Assembly (NCBI GenBank): GCA_016748015.1
Contig: JAAOMT010000523.1
Coordinates: 444,565 to 508,564, forward strand
Length of the DNA stretch: 64,000 bases
Direction of reading: 5' to 3'
Source: Geosiphon pyriformis uo1
Taxonomy: Eukaryota; Fungi; Glomeromycota
Notes under the pieces: model-generated
Told to the model about the DNA's origin: nothing
What the model saw: only the letters and a program-made list of their open reading frames with translations
Database searches by the model: none
Part shown: positions 13,531-25,908 of the stretch, piece after piece
Layout of the letters: the number at the start of each line of letters is the position of its first letter
How positions within the stretch are numbered: the first letter of the stretch is position 1
Program-made: the position numbers and the translations under genes

Positions 13531-14096
13531 CTGAATTTAGTTATTCACGCCTTTCATGCCGGTATTGTGATTGTTTTTTGTTTTTATTAAACATGGTTTC
13601 CTGTGTGAATAATCTGTCAAAAAATAATTGTCAACCACCTTCCAAAGTAAAAAATCTAAAAAAAAAGAAGTTTTTTGCGCCATAACTTATTTACAATTTT
13701 AAAGTGACTAGAGTTTCTTTTTTGGCTTTCAAATAAAATTAGGTTTCAAGTAATCTGAAATTAAACTTTTACCTTTAATCCATTTCAAAAGTAAACAATA
13801 GGATATTTTGGGTACATCAGGGGTGCAGAAAAAATATTTTTTTTTTTAGTAACCCCTCATATTTAAATCTCTTTGATAATTGTTATTTTTTAAATCATAA
13901 GATTTTTTAACATGTGTGACCCTTTGTTAGTTTTTCAAAATATAAAACCTGGAGGCTTTTTCTATTATTTAATTTCTTTATTGTTAAAAGTTGAAAAACT
14001 AATGTGAAAAGCCGCATTCTTATATCTGTTATGTTGAATTGAAAAAAGAAAAACTTTCTTTTTCCTTTCCTTGTCTTATTTTCTCGCTCTCTCTTT

Positions 14097-14110
14097 ATCA
14101 TCAACAACAA

Positions 14111-14148
<38 letters not shown>

Positions 14149-14173
14149 TCATCAACAACATCATCAACATCAT
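14097..14173. repeat. (CAA)n/(CAT)n microsatellite in the probable 5' UTR of the HMG gene
   Basis: Direct triplet run upstream of ATG 14330. Confidence 0.9.
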
Positions 14174-14329
14174 TCCAACCACCACTTTTTCTCTGCCTTT
14201 TTCTCATAAAAAATTTCACTCTCTTTCAGCAATTTTTTACATTCCATTTCAATTTTTCCTTGCAGTTTTTTTTATCACCTACTTCATTCATTTCTCCCCA
14301 TTCTTCTAAAAAAATTTTTAACGAGAGTA

Positions 14330-14543
14330 ATGGATGAGGCTGCGAGAAGAAAACACTGCCATTTATTGATGTGTGATGTGCCTCCCCCTACTCCTTCAAG
14401 TTCGAACAGAAAGAACTCTCAACGAATGTCTTTAATGATTGATTATACAACATCTTTAGAGAATAGCTGCATTCAAACAGAAGATAATTTTGTCTTTACC
14501 TCGTTCGTTGAGCCCATCAGGATTAATCGCTCAACTCACCATG

Positions 14544-14582
<39 letters not shown>

Positions 14583-15658
14583 GTGAGACGAAATCGATTG
14601 CAACATCAACACCACGAACTGATCCAAATAATCAGGTGGAAACCGACCTTGTCACTCTTTCTCCATTACAAGAGAGAAATCTGATTGTGGACGAAAGCAA
14701 TTTGCAGCAAAGGGAAACTTCACTAAATCAAAGAACACCAAGGCCACCGAATGCTTTTATCCTTTATCGACGTGCCAAACAACGATCAGTCACGGCGGAA
14801 CAAGGAAATATTTCGAATGCGAGAATTTCCCAACTTTTAGCAGCAATGTGGCGTAATGAATCTGAAGATGTAAGACTTTATTGGCAAAAAGCTGCTGACC
14901 GTAAAAAAATGGAACATTCTCAAACATATCCAGGGTATGTGTATCGTCCCCGAAAACCTTCATTTAAGCCAAAAAAGAATCGTCGTCCTAAATCACCTCG
15001 TAAGAATGATGATCCTCAAACACAATCCGTTCATTCTCCAACTTTGACGAACGACCAAATTCAATCTCTTACCACTATCAAAAGTAACATAAATTTCGAA
15101 GGTAACATTACCAACTTCGATAACAAGGATCATAATAATTCGGATCACATGACCTTTGATGAGGATAAAATTGTAATGGAAAGTTCGTTAAATTCTAATT
15201 CTATGAATGCCCATATTAGCCCACAAATTTCCTTCGATGATGTCGATTGGGATTCCTATCCTTATAATTATTATTATCAACAACCCAACGTCGCACTTTA
15301 TCCAAATTATGCTTTAAACGATCTTAATGAATTACACTTTGATGTTGACATAAATACAGTTCCATCATACTGTAAAAACTGTTGGGACAAGAACGTTCAA
15401 CAAAATCCTTCCATTCCTCATCCTGAAATAGAATGTCCCTATGTTTCGATTCAATTGGAAAATATTCTCCAACAGCAATTTGAGAGTGGGGATGTATATC
15501 CTGATGACATTTCATATCTTATTCATGATATGTCAAATTTCACTAGCAGGAATGAATTTTCGATTTTGGTCCCCAGCTCATCCTCGAATAGCTCTTATTC
15601 CGACATTGACCCTTTTAACGATAATATTTCATTCTTCAATCATCATCATCATCTTTGA
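14330..15658 (+). CDS. MATA/Rox1-type sequence-specific HMG-box transcription factor, 442 aa, apparently intronless
   Basis: HMG box at about 14732-14955: RTPRPPNAFILYRR...NARISQLLAAMWRNESEDVRLYWQKAADRKKMEHSQTYPGYVYRPRK. Followed by a basic tail (KPKKNRRPK) and an acidic/Asn/Tyr-rich C-terminus. Poly-Ser derives from a (TCA)n run. Confidence 0.93.
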
Positions 15659-16925
15659 TTTACAAATTGATCAAATAATTATATTCATCATTTTTTATTT
15701 TATTTCTTTTATCCCTTTTTATTCGTCTTTATTATTGAAATAATTATTTCAATGATAGAAATGTAAAAAAAATTTAGTCAGAAAATTCGGACAAATATAT
15801 AACTCCTTAAGCCTACTATTATTAAGATGATTTTCTTCTATGAACCTTTTTCCCATTCCTACATTTTATGGTGTAAATATCAAAAACTTCAACTCTTTAA
15901 GTTGTAAATATAGTAAATAATACCCACCTTACAGCTGTAAATAAAGTTTGTGCACAATTTTTTGAAAGAAAATTACTTATTATTTACTTTAAGTACTGTG
16001 AACACTGACCTCATTACTATAGGCTATTTTTCCAAAGGGATATGGAACCACCATGTTAATAAGATCATCTTTTATTATACCTCAAACACCCGAGGAAAAT
16101 ATAGAATCAAAAATTTAGATTGTCAAGTAAGAAAATACTGGAAATTAATGATTTAAATTCAAAAATTCGAATACAAAATTCACATTATTATAAGTATCAC
16201 CTTTCTTAAATTTTCTTGTTTTCAAAATTTAAATAATAATAAAAATAATAAAAGTAATAATTATTTAAAAAAACAAACAAACAAAAACAAACAAAAACAA
16301 CAACAACAATAATAATAATAATAATAAATAATAATAATAATTTAATAATAATTTTAATAATCTTAATAAATATCAAGAAAAAAATGTGAACGAAAAGTTC
16401 GTTTAATCAATAATACAAAATTTTTGATATAACTTAAATTCATTTTTTAATCAAAACATGAAAAATTAATAAATAATAAAAATATCATTAATAATATTAT
16501 TTAAAAATGATGTTTTTTTTTAAAAAAAAAAAAATCATTCGAATTATTAATGAATTCAAAAGTTTTTTCATGAAATAAAAACAAATGATTTTGGAAATCA
16601 TGAGAATTTTTTTTTATTTTATTTTTTAAAGTATACTTCTTTTCTAATCGAAAACCTTTAAAACGAAATCTGAACCATTTAGTAAATACTTTTAAAGTAA
16701 ATTAGTCAATTTTTGTTTTTAAATATTAATTTCTAATCGAAAAAAAAACTAAAGTACGTTTATTAATTTTTGTCTTTAATACTAATTCATCGCTTAACTC
16801 ATTAGTTTAAATTTAAAATTTCGTTAAATTTTGGAAAAAAATTTTCTATCGGTAACAACGGTGATAGAATTCTATTAAATAAAACTCGTTCTTTTTGATA
16901 TTAGGAAACATAAAACTTGATCACG

Positions 16926-17034
16926 AATAGAAATAGAAATAGAACTAGAAATTGAAATAGAAATAGAAATAGAAATAGAAATAGAAATAGAAATAGAAAT
17001 AGAAATAGAAATAGAAATAGAAATAGAAATAGAA
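16926..17034. repeat. (ATAGAA)n hexamer microsatellite, about 18 units
   Basis: Direct repeat; it produces the spurious ISISIS ORF on the minus strand. Confidence 0.95.
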
Positions 17035-18139
17035 ATTTTTTCAAAAGGATTTTTTTCTCCCAATGAGATATATATAATGAGTAAGTTGAAAGTGAAATTC
17101 TCTTTGAAGAAACAAGATATGTACAAAATATTTGGTTTAACTTTTAAAAATTAGAACTCTCAGTTGAATTCAATGTCTATTTTCAAAAATACCCTAAAAA
17201 GGGTTTTTCAGAAATCTCCTCCAATTAGATGTTCAATTTACAATTAAAAATTGGTGCTCCGTATGCATAGTACATTTAAGGCAAAAATATATAGCAAGTA
17301 AATGCGGAATTATACAATGATTAAGGATTTCATTTAAATAAAGTTAAGATTATGTATACGAATTCTCATTTCTTTTATAAAAGCTCTAAAAAAGGAAAAT
17401 TTCATCTTTGTTTATTTTATTTAAGATTCAATATTATTTTCAATTAAAATCATCGATATGGTTTTTTTTAAATTCTATTCTTAATGATAAATAAAGTTCC
17501 CGTTTATTAAACCTAACTTGAATGAAAATTTACCTTTTAATGGATATTAAAGGAAATCTATTCTCTCGTTCAAATATTTTTTTTTGGAAAATCAATAGGA
17601 ATTTTTGGTGTATTGTTTATATAAAGAATTTTTAATTAGGGACAACTTTAATATAAATAAATGAATGTCTAAATGGAAATTTTTTTATTAACCCGTTAGT
17701 TAATGTTATTGTTTTTTTTCTTTTTCAACCATCATCTAAATTTTGGTATTAAATTATAACAAAGGGTTAATAAAGAAGACATAATAAAGAAAAAATTTTA
17801 CATTTAGCTTTTGGGCTCATATTTTGTCAAATATTGGAACAATTGAAAAAAAAATTGTTACTTCTCTGTTCAAATGAATGAAGATTCAACATTTTAAAAG
17901 AACAGCGAGAACAGACACTATAATGAAATGTAAAATGGCTTAAATTAAATGAAGGATTCTTTTTATTGAAAACAGGCCATACGAATCGCAAACAATCAAT
18001 ATGCATGTGATACTTTTCATTGTCTTGTTACCAAATTCAGCCTCATAGATAAAATGTGTCAAATCGTATATAAAAATGACAAGTTCTGAAGTCAAAATAC
18101 TATCTTCGAGAAATAATCAACTAAATAATCTTTCTAATA

Positions 18140-19227
18140 ATGGATAAACTGAGTGATGAAACCTGCATCGAAGTTTTCAAATGGATACTACATCCAGCAC
18201 AATTGGCGTTATCATGTAAATATTGGGCAAGAATCGCGGGAGACCCACACACTAAAGCAACTTGGCTAATTTTTCAATACGGAAAAGTTCATGCTCTTTT
18301 TCATGCAGTTAGACTTGGTCCTTCATTTATAGATTTAAACATTATTTCTTCACTCCTTTCACAAAAAGTTATTCTTTCAAGATACTTTATCCAACGCCTT
18401 TTAATGCATTTCGGAAAGTATGACGAACAATTAATAATGTTGAAAATTGAACATAGTGTTGGTCACGCGGATGAAGATCGTATTAAAGAAATTCAAGAAA
18501 AGCTTCGTTGTCCCTGGGCCTCTGACTTGCCTCTAAATGTATTTAACCAACTTTTAGAGGAGGGCTCGAAACGTTTTGGTGGAAATCTTCCGACTAAAGG
18601 CAATGATATGGAACTATTTCACTTTCTTTCAGCAGGCCCCTATGTAATCAATCATGCACCAGCTAAACTCAAAGAAAACCTAAAAAAAATCGAGGAATTA
18701 ATAAAAGAACATCAGTTTTTCCCCTTTCCCCCACGGCCAATATCAAGAGATGACGCTAATTCTCACTTAAACTCTGCTGTAAACGAAGAATATCCTCCAA
18801 AAGATGCATATGAAAACGTCCGACAACTGAACGTAATCGCACGAGCTATCTTAATTCATCCGGATTTAGTAAAATTGTGGAAAGATCAAGGGTATCAGGA
18901 AATTTGTGAAGATGTCAACGAATTAGTCATGCAAGGGGCATTGTTAATTTTGTTCCCTCCAAAGCCTTTGCCGAATTGGACGAAACCAGATGTGAATGTT
19001 GTTCAAAAGCGATTGGAACTATTAGAAAGTCTTGGATTCAAATTAACAGAGGCCGTAATTGGAGATGCGTTATTTTTATTCGAAGATCGTCTGGAAGATA
19101 TTGGAGAGATTTTTATCAAGTCGTTTCAAGCAGTTCGTGGAGAATCGATGAAGGATATTACGAAAATTTGCCTATCCGAAATAATGAAGCCAAAGAGAGA
19201 CCTCAAAAATAATAATTTGTTGGAGTT
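18140..19227 (+). CDS. Uncharacterised fungal protein with F-box-like N-terminus, tandem copy 1 (3' end in N-gap)
   Basis: Open for 362 codons up to the gap. N-terminus MDKLSDETCIEVFKWI..LALSCKYWARIA fits the F-box pattern (LxxExxxxIF...L...C+.W..I). Blocks HALFHAVRLGP, LSRYFIQRLLMHFGKYD, KGNDMELFHFLSAGP and RQLNVIARAILIHP match a family I recall as expanded in Glomeromycotina. Confidence 0.82.
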
Positions 19228-20216
19228 NNNNNNNNNNNNNNNNNNNNNNNNNNNNNNNNNNNNNNNNNNNNNNNNNNNNNNNNNNNNNNNNNNNNNNNNN
19301 NNNNNNNNNNNNNNNNNNNNNNNNNNNNNNNNNNNNNNNNNNNNNNNNNNNNNNNNNNNNNNNNNNNNNNNNNNNNNNNNNNNNNNNNNNNNNNNNNNNN
19401 NNNNNNNNNNNNNNNNNNNNNNNNNNNNNNNNNNNNNNNNNNNNNNNNNNNNNNNNNNNNNNNNNNNNNNNNNNNNNNNNNNNNNNNNNNNNNNNNNNNN
19501 NNNNNNNNNNNNNNNNNNNNNNNNNNNNNNNNNNNNNNNNNNNNNNNNNNNNNNNNNNNNNNNNNNNNNNNNNNNNNNNNNNNNNNNNNNNNNNNNNNNN
19601 NNNNNNNNNNNNNNNNNNNNNNNNNNNNNNNNNNNNNNNNNNNNNNNNNNNNNNNNNNNNNNNNNNNNNNNNNNNNNNNNNNNNNNNNNNNNNNNNNNNN
19701 NNNNNNNNNNNNNNNNNNNNNNNNNNNNNNNNNNNNNNNNNNNNNNNNNNNNNNNNNNNNNNNNNNNNNNNNNNNNNNNNNNNNNNNNNNNNNNNNNNNN
19801 NNNNNNNNNNNNNNNNNNNNNNNNNNNNNNNNNNNNNNNNNNNNNNNNNNNNNNNNNNNNNNNNNNNNNNNNNNNNNNNNNNNNNNNNNNNNNNNNNNNN
19901 NNNNNNNNNNNNNNNNNNNNNNNNNNNNNNNNNNNNNNNNNNNNNNNNNNNNNNNNNNNNNNNNNNNNNNNNNNNNNNNNNNNNNNNNNNNNNNNNNNNN
20001 NNNNNNNNNNNNNNNNNNNNNNNNNNNNNNNNNNNNNNNNNNNNNNNNNNNNNNNNNNNNNNNNNNNNNNNNNNNNNNNNNNNNNNNNNNNNNNNNNNNN
20101 NNNNNNNNNNNNNNNNNNNNNNNNNNNNNNNNNNNNNNNNNNNNNNNNNNNNNNNNNNNNNNNNNNNNNNNNNNNNNNNNNNNNNNNNNNNNNNNNNNNN
20201 NNNNNNNNNNNNNNNN
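19228..20216. other. Assembly gap (other gaps at 22876-23063 and 26363-27026)
   Basis: N runs. All three gaps overlap the same middle segment of the triplicated gene, consistent with collapse of near-identical repeats. Confidence 0.98.
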
Positions 20217-20910
20217 GCGAATAATGTGGTCACTTATGACAACGTGTCGTTTGCCCGGATCACCGGAATGTTGACTTTCAACCACCTCACATCCAAATTT
20301 TTCTACTCAATTACCTCCGTAATCCTCATCCTCTACAGCCAATTGGCATAACGGAAATCAGGTTTACCCAGCTCCAATTCTGATCTACAAGCCGTTTCTT
20401 AATTTTAAATATTTAAAATAATTATCAATTATTTATTTATTTATTAATATTTATAACATAAAAAATTATTAGCAATTTAAGATTCAATTTTTTTTCTTTA
20501 TATTATATTATATTATTTATTATTTTTAATATTTTTTAATACTAAATTTATATATAGATATATAATTTTATTATAAAAAGTTTTGAAACAATTTAAATTA
20601 TTAATTGCAATACTAAAATGACTTCAAATTCAAAGTTAATGGAATTATAATGTTTTAACAATCCAATAAAATATTACGTAACTTCAAACTTAAGTGTTTT
20701 ATAAAATCATGCCAAGATCAAAATAACTAATAATAATTAGTAATTTTAATTTTTGAATTATAAGACATAGAAAAATCTGTATGAAAGTCAACGGTTTCAT
20801 CAATGAATAATAAGCTTAATTTTTAATAAGCTTAATTTTTAATTATCTTATTATATATAATAACACTATTACATAATAAAAAAACTTATTTTATTGTCAA
20901 AATAGCCAAA
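20217..20910 (+). repeat. Segmental duplicate of about 23904-24618 (3' flank of the tandem gene unit)
   Basis: gcgaataatgtggtcacttatgacaacg... is near-identical at 20217 and 23904 (nominal offset 3687) for about 600-700 bp. Confidence 0.92.
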
Positions 20911-21539
20911 AAAAATATTATAAGAAGTGAAACACGTTGTGCATTAATTATTGTTTTTTATTCAAAAAGGGACCTTCGAATCTTGTAATATTGTAGATAT
21001 ACATGTAGTTGGATGTCTCTAACTTTTAGCAAACATAATAAAGGAAAAATTGGTTTATAGTTCATGTTATTGGTACACGAGGTATCTGCAAGATAATTAG
21101 AATAAATACCATATTCGTTACTGTGTAAATTATTTAAAGGATCTAACCGTTCCAAAGAAAGGTTGTTTTATTTTATTTTATTTTATTTTATTTTTTTATC
21201 CCCAATCACCGGCGTGATATAACTCTTTACATTAAGGAGTAATTAGTTTAGTCAAAAAACCTCATTGTTCTTTTGCTGTTTTCGGAAAAAATCTTTTTTT
21301 GGACACACTTTAAATGTATAAACTTGTTACAGTGGCTGTTGAGAAAAAATGTGGTTTTTTCATAATTAATTATTAATGTTGTATTCATTTGACAAAAACT
21401 TTAAAAATGCAATTAAAAATAAAGGGTTTCTTGATTTGAAAATCAATATATATATATATATATATATAAAATAACGGTTTTCATAATGATAATAAGCTTT
21501 AATTTAAAATAACCAAAAAAAAATTGCTTTAAGTGAAAC

Positions 21540-22021
21540 GCTACACATCAATTGTGTTGTTTTTTATCCAAAAAGGATCTCGATTTCTTGCACATAAAAT
21601 TTTTTATATTGAACCAGTTTTCAAATATAATGGTGACTATTCCTTGAAAAAATTTTTAACACAGAAATTTGGAAAAAGATCTAGATCTGCATGATCCAAT
21701 CCGAATGAAAGAAGATTCCATGTGATGCCTAATTCAGATCTGACAAAGCTTCTTTGCAGAGAATATAGTCCAAATCTAAATCCTATTGAAAGTTTGTGGG
21801 AAACTTTTAAACGTGAAGTAGAAAAACGAATGCCGCAAAATATGGATGATTTGGAGTGATATATGGGTGAAGAATCCCTTAATCGAATTTAATAAATTCA
21901 ATGCGGTGGCTTTGCGAGTAGCAAGTTGATTATCGAGAGTAAAGACGAAAAAATTGCATTTTAAATTTTGTATTAATAAATTCAGTTACATTTGGCCTTT
22001 CTAAAGTTACAAATTGCAGTA
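21540..22021 (+). mobile_element. Tc1-like transposase relic (C-terminal part)
   Basis: YSPNLNPIESLWETFKREVEKRMPQNMDDL at about 21764-21853 (Tc1 SPDLNPIE motif). Shares the ...ttggcctttctaa.gttacaaattgcagta end block with the 24.6-25.3 kb relic. Confidence 0.72.
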
Positions 22022-22195
22022 TTAATCTAATGAAAATTGATATAAAATCATTCTTAATTTTATTAATTTTATTAATTATTTATTTGTTACTTCATACCAT
22101 TTTTGGATGATAAAAAAAACTTGTACTAGCCGATTTAAAGAATTTGTATAACTTATCATAAATAAGGGTTTGGAGCCTCTCAAAACCCTTTTACA

Positions 22196-23496
22196 ATGAA
22201 TAGACTGATAGAAGAAATCTGTATTGAAATTTTCAAATGGGTTCCACATCCTGCACAATTGGCGTTATCATGTAAATATTTGGCAAGAATTGCTGGAGAC
22301 CCACACACTAAAGCAACTTGGCTAATTATTCAATACGGAAAAGTTTATGCTCTTTTTCAAGCAGTTAGACTTGATCCTTGCACAAAAAGTTATTCTATTT
22401 AGATACTTTATTCAACGACTTTTAATGCATTTCGGAAAGTATGACGAACCGTTAATAATGTTAAAAATTGTAAGAAATTCAAAAAAAGCCTCGTTGTCCC
22501 TGGGCCTCTGCCTTGCCTCTAAATGTATTTAACCAACTTTTAAAGGAGGCCTCAGGAAATCTGCGGAGATGTCAACGAATTAGTCATGCAAGGGGCATTG
22601 TTAATTTTGTTCCCTCCAAAGCCTTTGCCGAATTGGACGAAACCAGATGTGAATGTTGTTCAAAAGCGATTGGAACTATTAGAAAGTCTTGGATTCAAAT
22701 TAACAGAGGCCGTAATTGGAGATGCGTTATTTTTATTCGAAGATCGTCTGGAAGATATTGGAGAGATTTTTATCAAGTCGTTTCAAGCAGTTCGTGGAGA
22801 ATCGATGAAGGATATTACGAAAATTTGCCTATCCGAAATAATGAAGCCAAAGAGAGACCTCAAAAATAATAATTTNNNNNNNNNNNNNNNNNNNNNNNNN
22901 NNNNNNNNNNNNNNNNNNNNNNNNNNNNNNNNNNNNNNNNNNNNNNNNNNNNNNNNNNNNNNNNNNNNNNNNNNNNNNNNNNNNNNNNNNNNNNNNNNNN
23001 NNNNNNNNNNNNNNNNNNNNNNNNNNNNNNNNNNNNNNNNNNNNNNNNNNNNNNNNNNNNNNNTAGTCAAATCTTGCAACAAAGCCGAGAAATTCCAGAT
23101 ATTTTTCAAATCTCGAGGGCTGAGTGTGTTTTAGGACTTTATGAGAAGTATTCAAAAAATGTACCATTCAATGAAACGCACCTTCCGTTGCTGGCAGCTG
23201 CAAAGCAAGAAGATTTACTCGACCCATTCTTCGAGAAATACTTACCTACCATTTTCCCTCAACAAACTGAAGAGAATATCGTACAAAAACATCAAAAGAA
23301 GCGCAGAAATTTTTCTAAAACAGGGAGAAAGGAAGATGAAGACCAAAAAGTAAAATGGAAAAACACATTACTTAAATTTCGTGATAACGATTCAATCAAA
23401 GATGAGGATGGGAATATTTACTCGTTTGGAAAACCGACACACTTATTTCTAGCAAAATTAGAAACGTTCTTGAACGGTCTTTCTGGTCTCCACTAA
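22196..23496 (+). pseudogene. F-box-like gene, tandem copy 2, disrupted by three internal deletions
   Basis: Relative to copy 1 it lacks 35 bp (near 22380), 35 bp (near 22470) and 329 bp (near 22552). The first deletion frameshifts to a stop at 22400-22402. 22568-22875 is identical to copy 1. The C-terminal segment to TAA at 23496 matches copy 3. Confidence 0.85.
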
Positions 23497-24619
23497 ATGT
23501 AAGAAACATGAAAGCCGAGACCAGAAGTGTAAAATGCCCGCGATAGGGAATCTTTTATTAAGTTTATTATTTTTGAAGTTAAAATGAATGTCCTCAAACA
23601 AAATGGTAAATTTAGATATGAATCATTTTAAATAGGATTTTTAAAAATCTATTTTGATAAAAAATATTTCAAACATAGGATAAAAACTATTATAGTATTG
23701 TATTATTTAAAACTTTTTGTATTAAAAAATTTATGCTATTTAATAAAAATAATATTAATTATATATATTATTTTAATATCTTTAAAAAAGTTGATTTTTT
23801 GATGCTTACTGAGTGTGATCAAGTTCCGAATTTAAGAAGTTTTTGGTTTGCCGGAACAGAAAACCTGTGACATCATATGAGAAAACATTTTCGACGTGCC
23901 GATGCGAATAATGTGGTCACTTATGACAACGTGTCGTTTGCCCGGATCACCGGAATGTTGACTTTCAACCACCTCACATCCAAATTTTTCTACTCAATTG
24001 CCTCCGTAATCCTCATCCTCTACAGCCAATTGGCATAACGGAAATCAGGTTTACCCAGCTCCAATTCTGATCTACAAGCCGTTTCTTAATTTTAAATATT
24101 TAAAATAATTATCAATTATTTATTTATTTATTAATATTTATAACATAAAAAATTATTAGCAATTTAAGATTCAATTTTTTTTCTTTATATTATATTATAT
24201 TATTTATTATTTTTAATATTTTTTAATACTAAATTTATATATATATATATAATTTTATTATAAAAAGTTTTGAAACAATTTAAATTATTAATTGCAATAC
24301 TAAAATGACTTCAAATTCAAAGTTAATAGAATTATAATGTTTTAACAATCCAATAAAATATTGCGTAACTTCAAACTTAAGTGTTTTATAAAATTATGCC
24401 AAGATCAAAATAAATAATAATAATTAGTAATTTTAATTTTTGAATTACAAGACATAGAAAAATCTGTATGAAAGTCAACGGTTTCATCAATAAATAATAA
24501 GCTTAATTTTAAATTTCTTATTAAATATAATAACAAAGCTTGATTTTTAAATTATCTTATTATATATAATAGCACTATTACATAATAAAAAACTTCTTTT
24601 ATTGTCAAAATAGCCAACA

Positions 24620-25297
24620 TGTTGGTCATTAATTATTTGTTTTTTACCCGAAAAGGACCTCAAATCAATTACGTAAATTAATATTAAAAATTTTTATATT
24701 GAACCAGTTTTCATATATAAAGGGGATACCTTCCTTGCAAATTTTTACATTGAGTTCATATAAAGGGGATATCTTTGGGTGCAAATTTTTAAGAGAGAAT
24801 ATTGGAAAAGATTTGCTTTAATCTAGATTTATGCAGCTACAAAGTAGACATTTAATATCGCATAATTGGCAGACTTTTAAAATCATTTGGACATATAACT
24901 GGAAAAAAACGTTATTTTCTGATGAAACAGCATTTCAACTTTTTTTAAGAGAAAAGATCGCACAAAAATTTTTGTTTGAAGGGAAAAATTAACTTATTTT
25001 ATTTTCAGCGTATTATGAATGCTAAGTTTTATGTTGAAATTTTGCAACAGCATGTTTGAAGAAGTTAATGGAATACTTGGAAAGAAATGACGCTTTCAAC
25101 AAGATAATGATTCCAAGCATACAAGTTGAGTAGCTAAGATTCCTTGCCGAAAATGCACCCAAAAGTTATTGAATGGTCCAAATCTAAATCTTATTGAAAA
25201 TTTGTGGGAAATTTTTAAACGTGAAGTAGAAAAACGAATACCACATATTAAATAAAATCAGTTGCTTTTGGCCTTTCTAATGTTACAAATTGCAGTA
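24620..25297 (+). mobile_element. Tc1-like transposase relic with all three catalytic motifs, frameshifted
   Basis: YNWKKTLFSDETAFQLF (about 24895-24945), IMNAKFYVEILQQH, RFQQDNDSKHTS (about 25091-25126), PNLNLIENLWEIFKREVEKR (about 25178-25237). Confidence 0.8.
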
Positions 25298-25908
25298 ACA
25301 ACTAATAATGTTACTAACAAAAATTGACATAAAATTATTCTTATAATAATTAAATTATTTAATATTTTGAACTTTATTACAATTAAAAAATTGGCCAAAA
25401 TAAAAATAATAATGAATTTTCAATATTGTAAATTTTTCATTCCGTGTGAACTATAGCTTCTTCGAAATGAATTAGCATAATTTACATGATTTTTTCCTTA
25501 TTCATATATTCATAGCCCTATGTTCTAAAGTAAAAGAGGATCGTGCGCTTTATACAACAACACAATATAAAAGGCCTATATGCACCCACACAGACGTCTT
25601 GGATATTAAAACCAATCATATCAGCCACCAGATATCTTCGCAATTTCCTTAAGCTACTGATTCTACCATATTACCACTCTGGATATGAGATTTGAATTAG
25701 CATTAAAAGCTAATATTTTGCTACTATTCGCTTTTAGAAAGGAAATTATCATTGAATCATCACAATCATCACAATTACGGTTGTACAAACTCCGGTTTAA
25801 CTCTGGTCCATTATGTTCATTGATAAATTTCCTAAATGGTAATCCTCATATGAAAAAATAGATAAAGAAGCAAAGAATTTTTCAAGAAATTTTTAAAACC
25901 TTTCTACC

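Noticed and set aside
13907-14684. Poly-Leu, poly-Thr and poly-His ORFs around the HMG start
   Set aside because: Alternative-frame readings of the (CAA)n and (TCA)n microsatellites.
14330-15658. Mating-type locus call (sexM/sexP or MAT1-2-1)
   Set aside because: MATA-type HMG genes form large paralogous families in this lineage and no diagnostic flanking genes are present; no gene symbol assigned.
16875-17126. (IS)n ORF and possible telomere-like repeat
   Set aside because: It is an (ATAGAA)n microsatellite, not a G-rich telomeric unit, and the ORF is a by-product.
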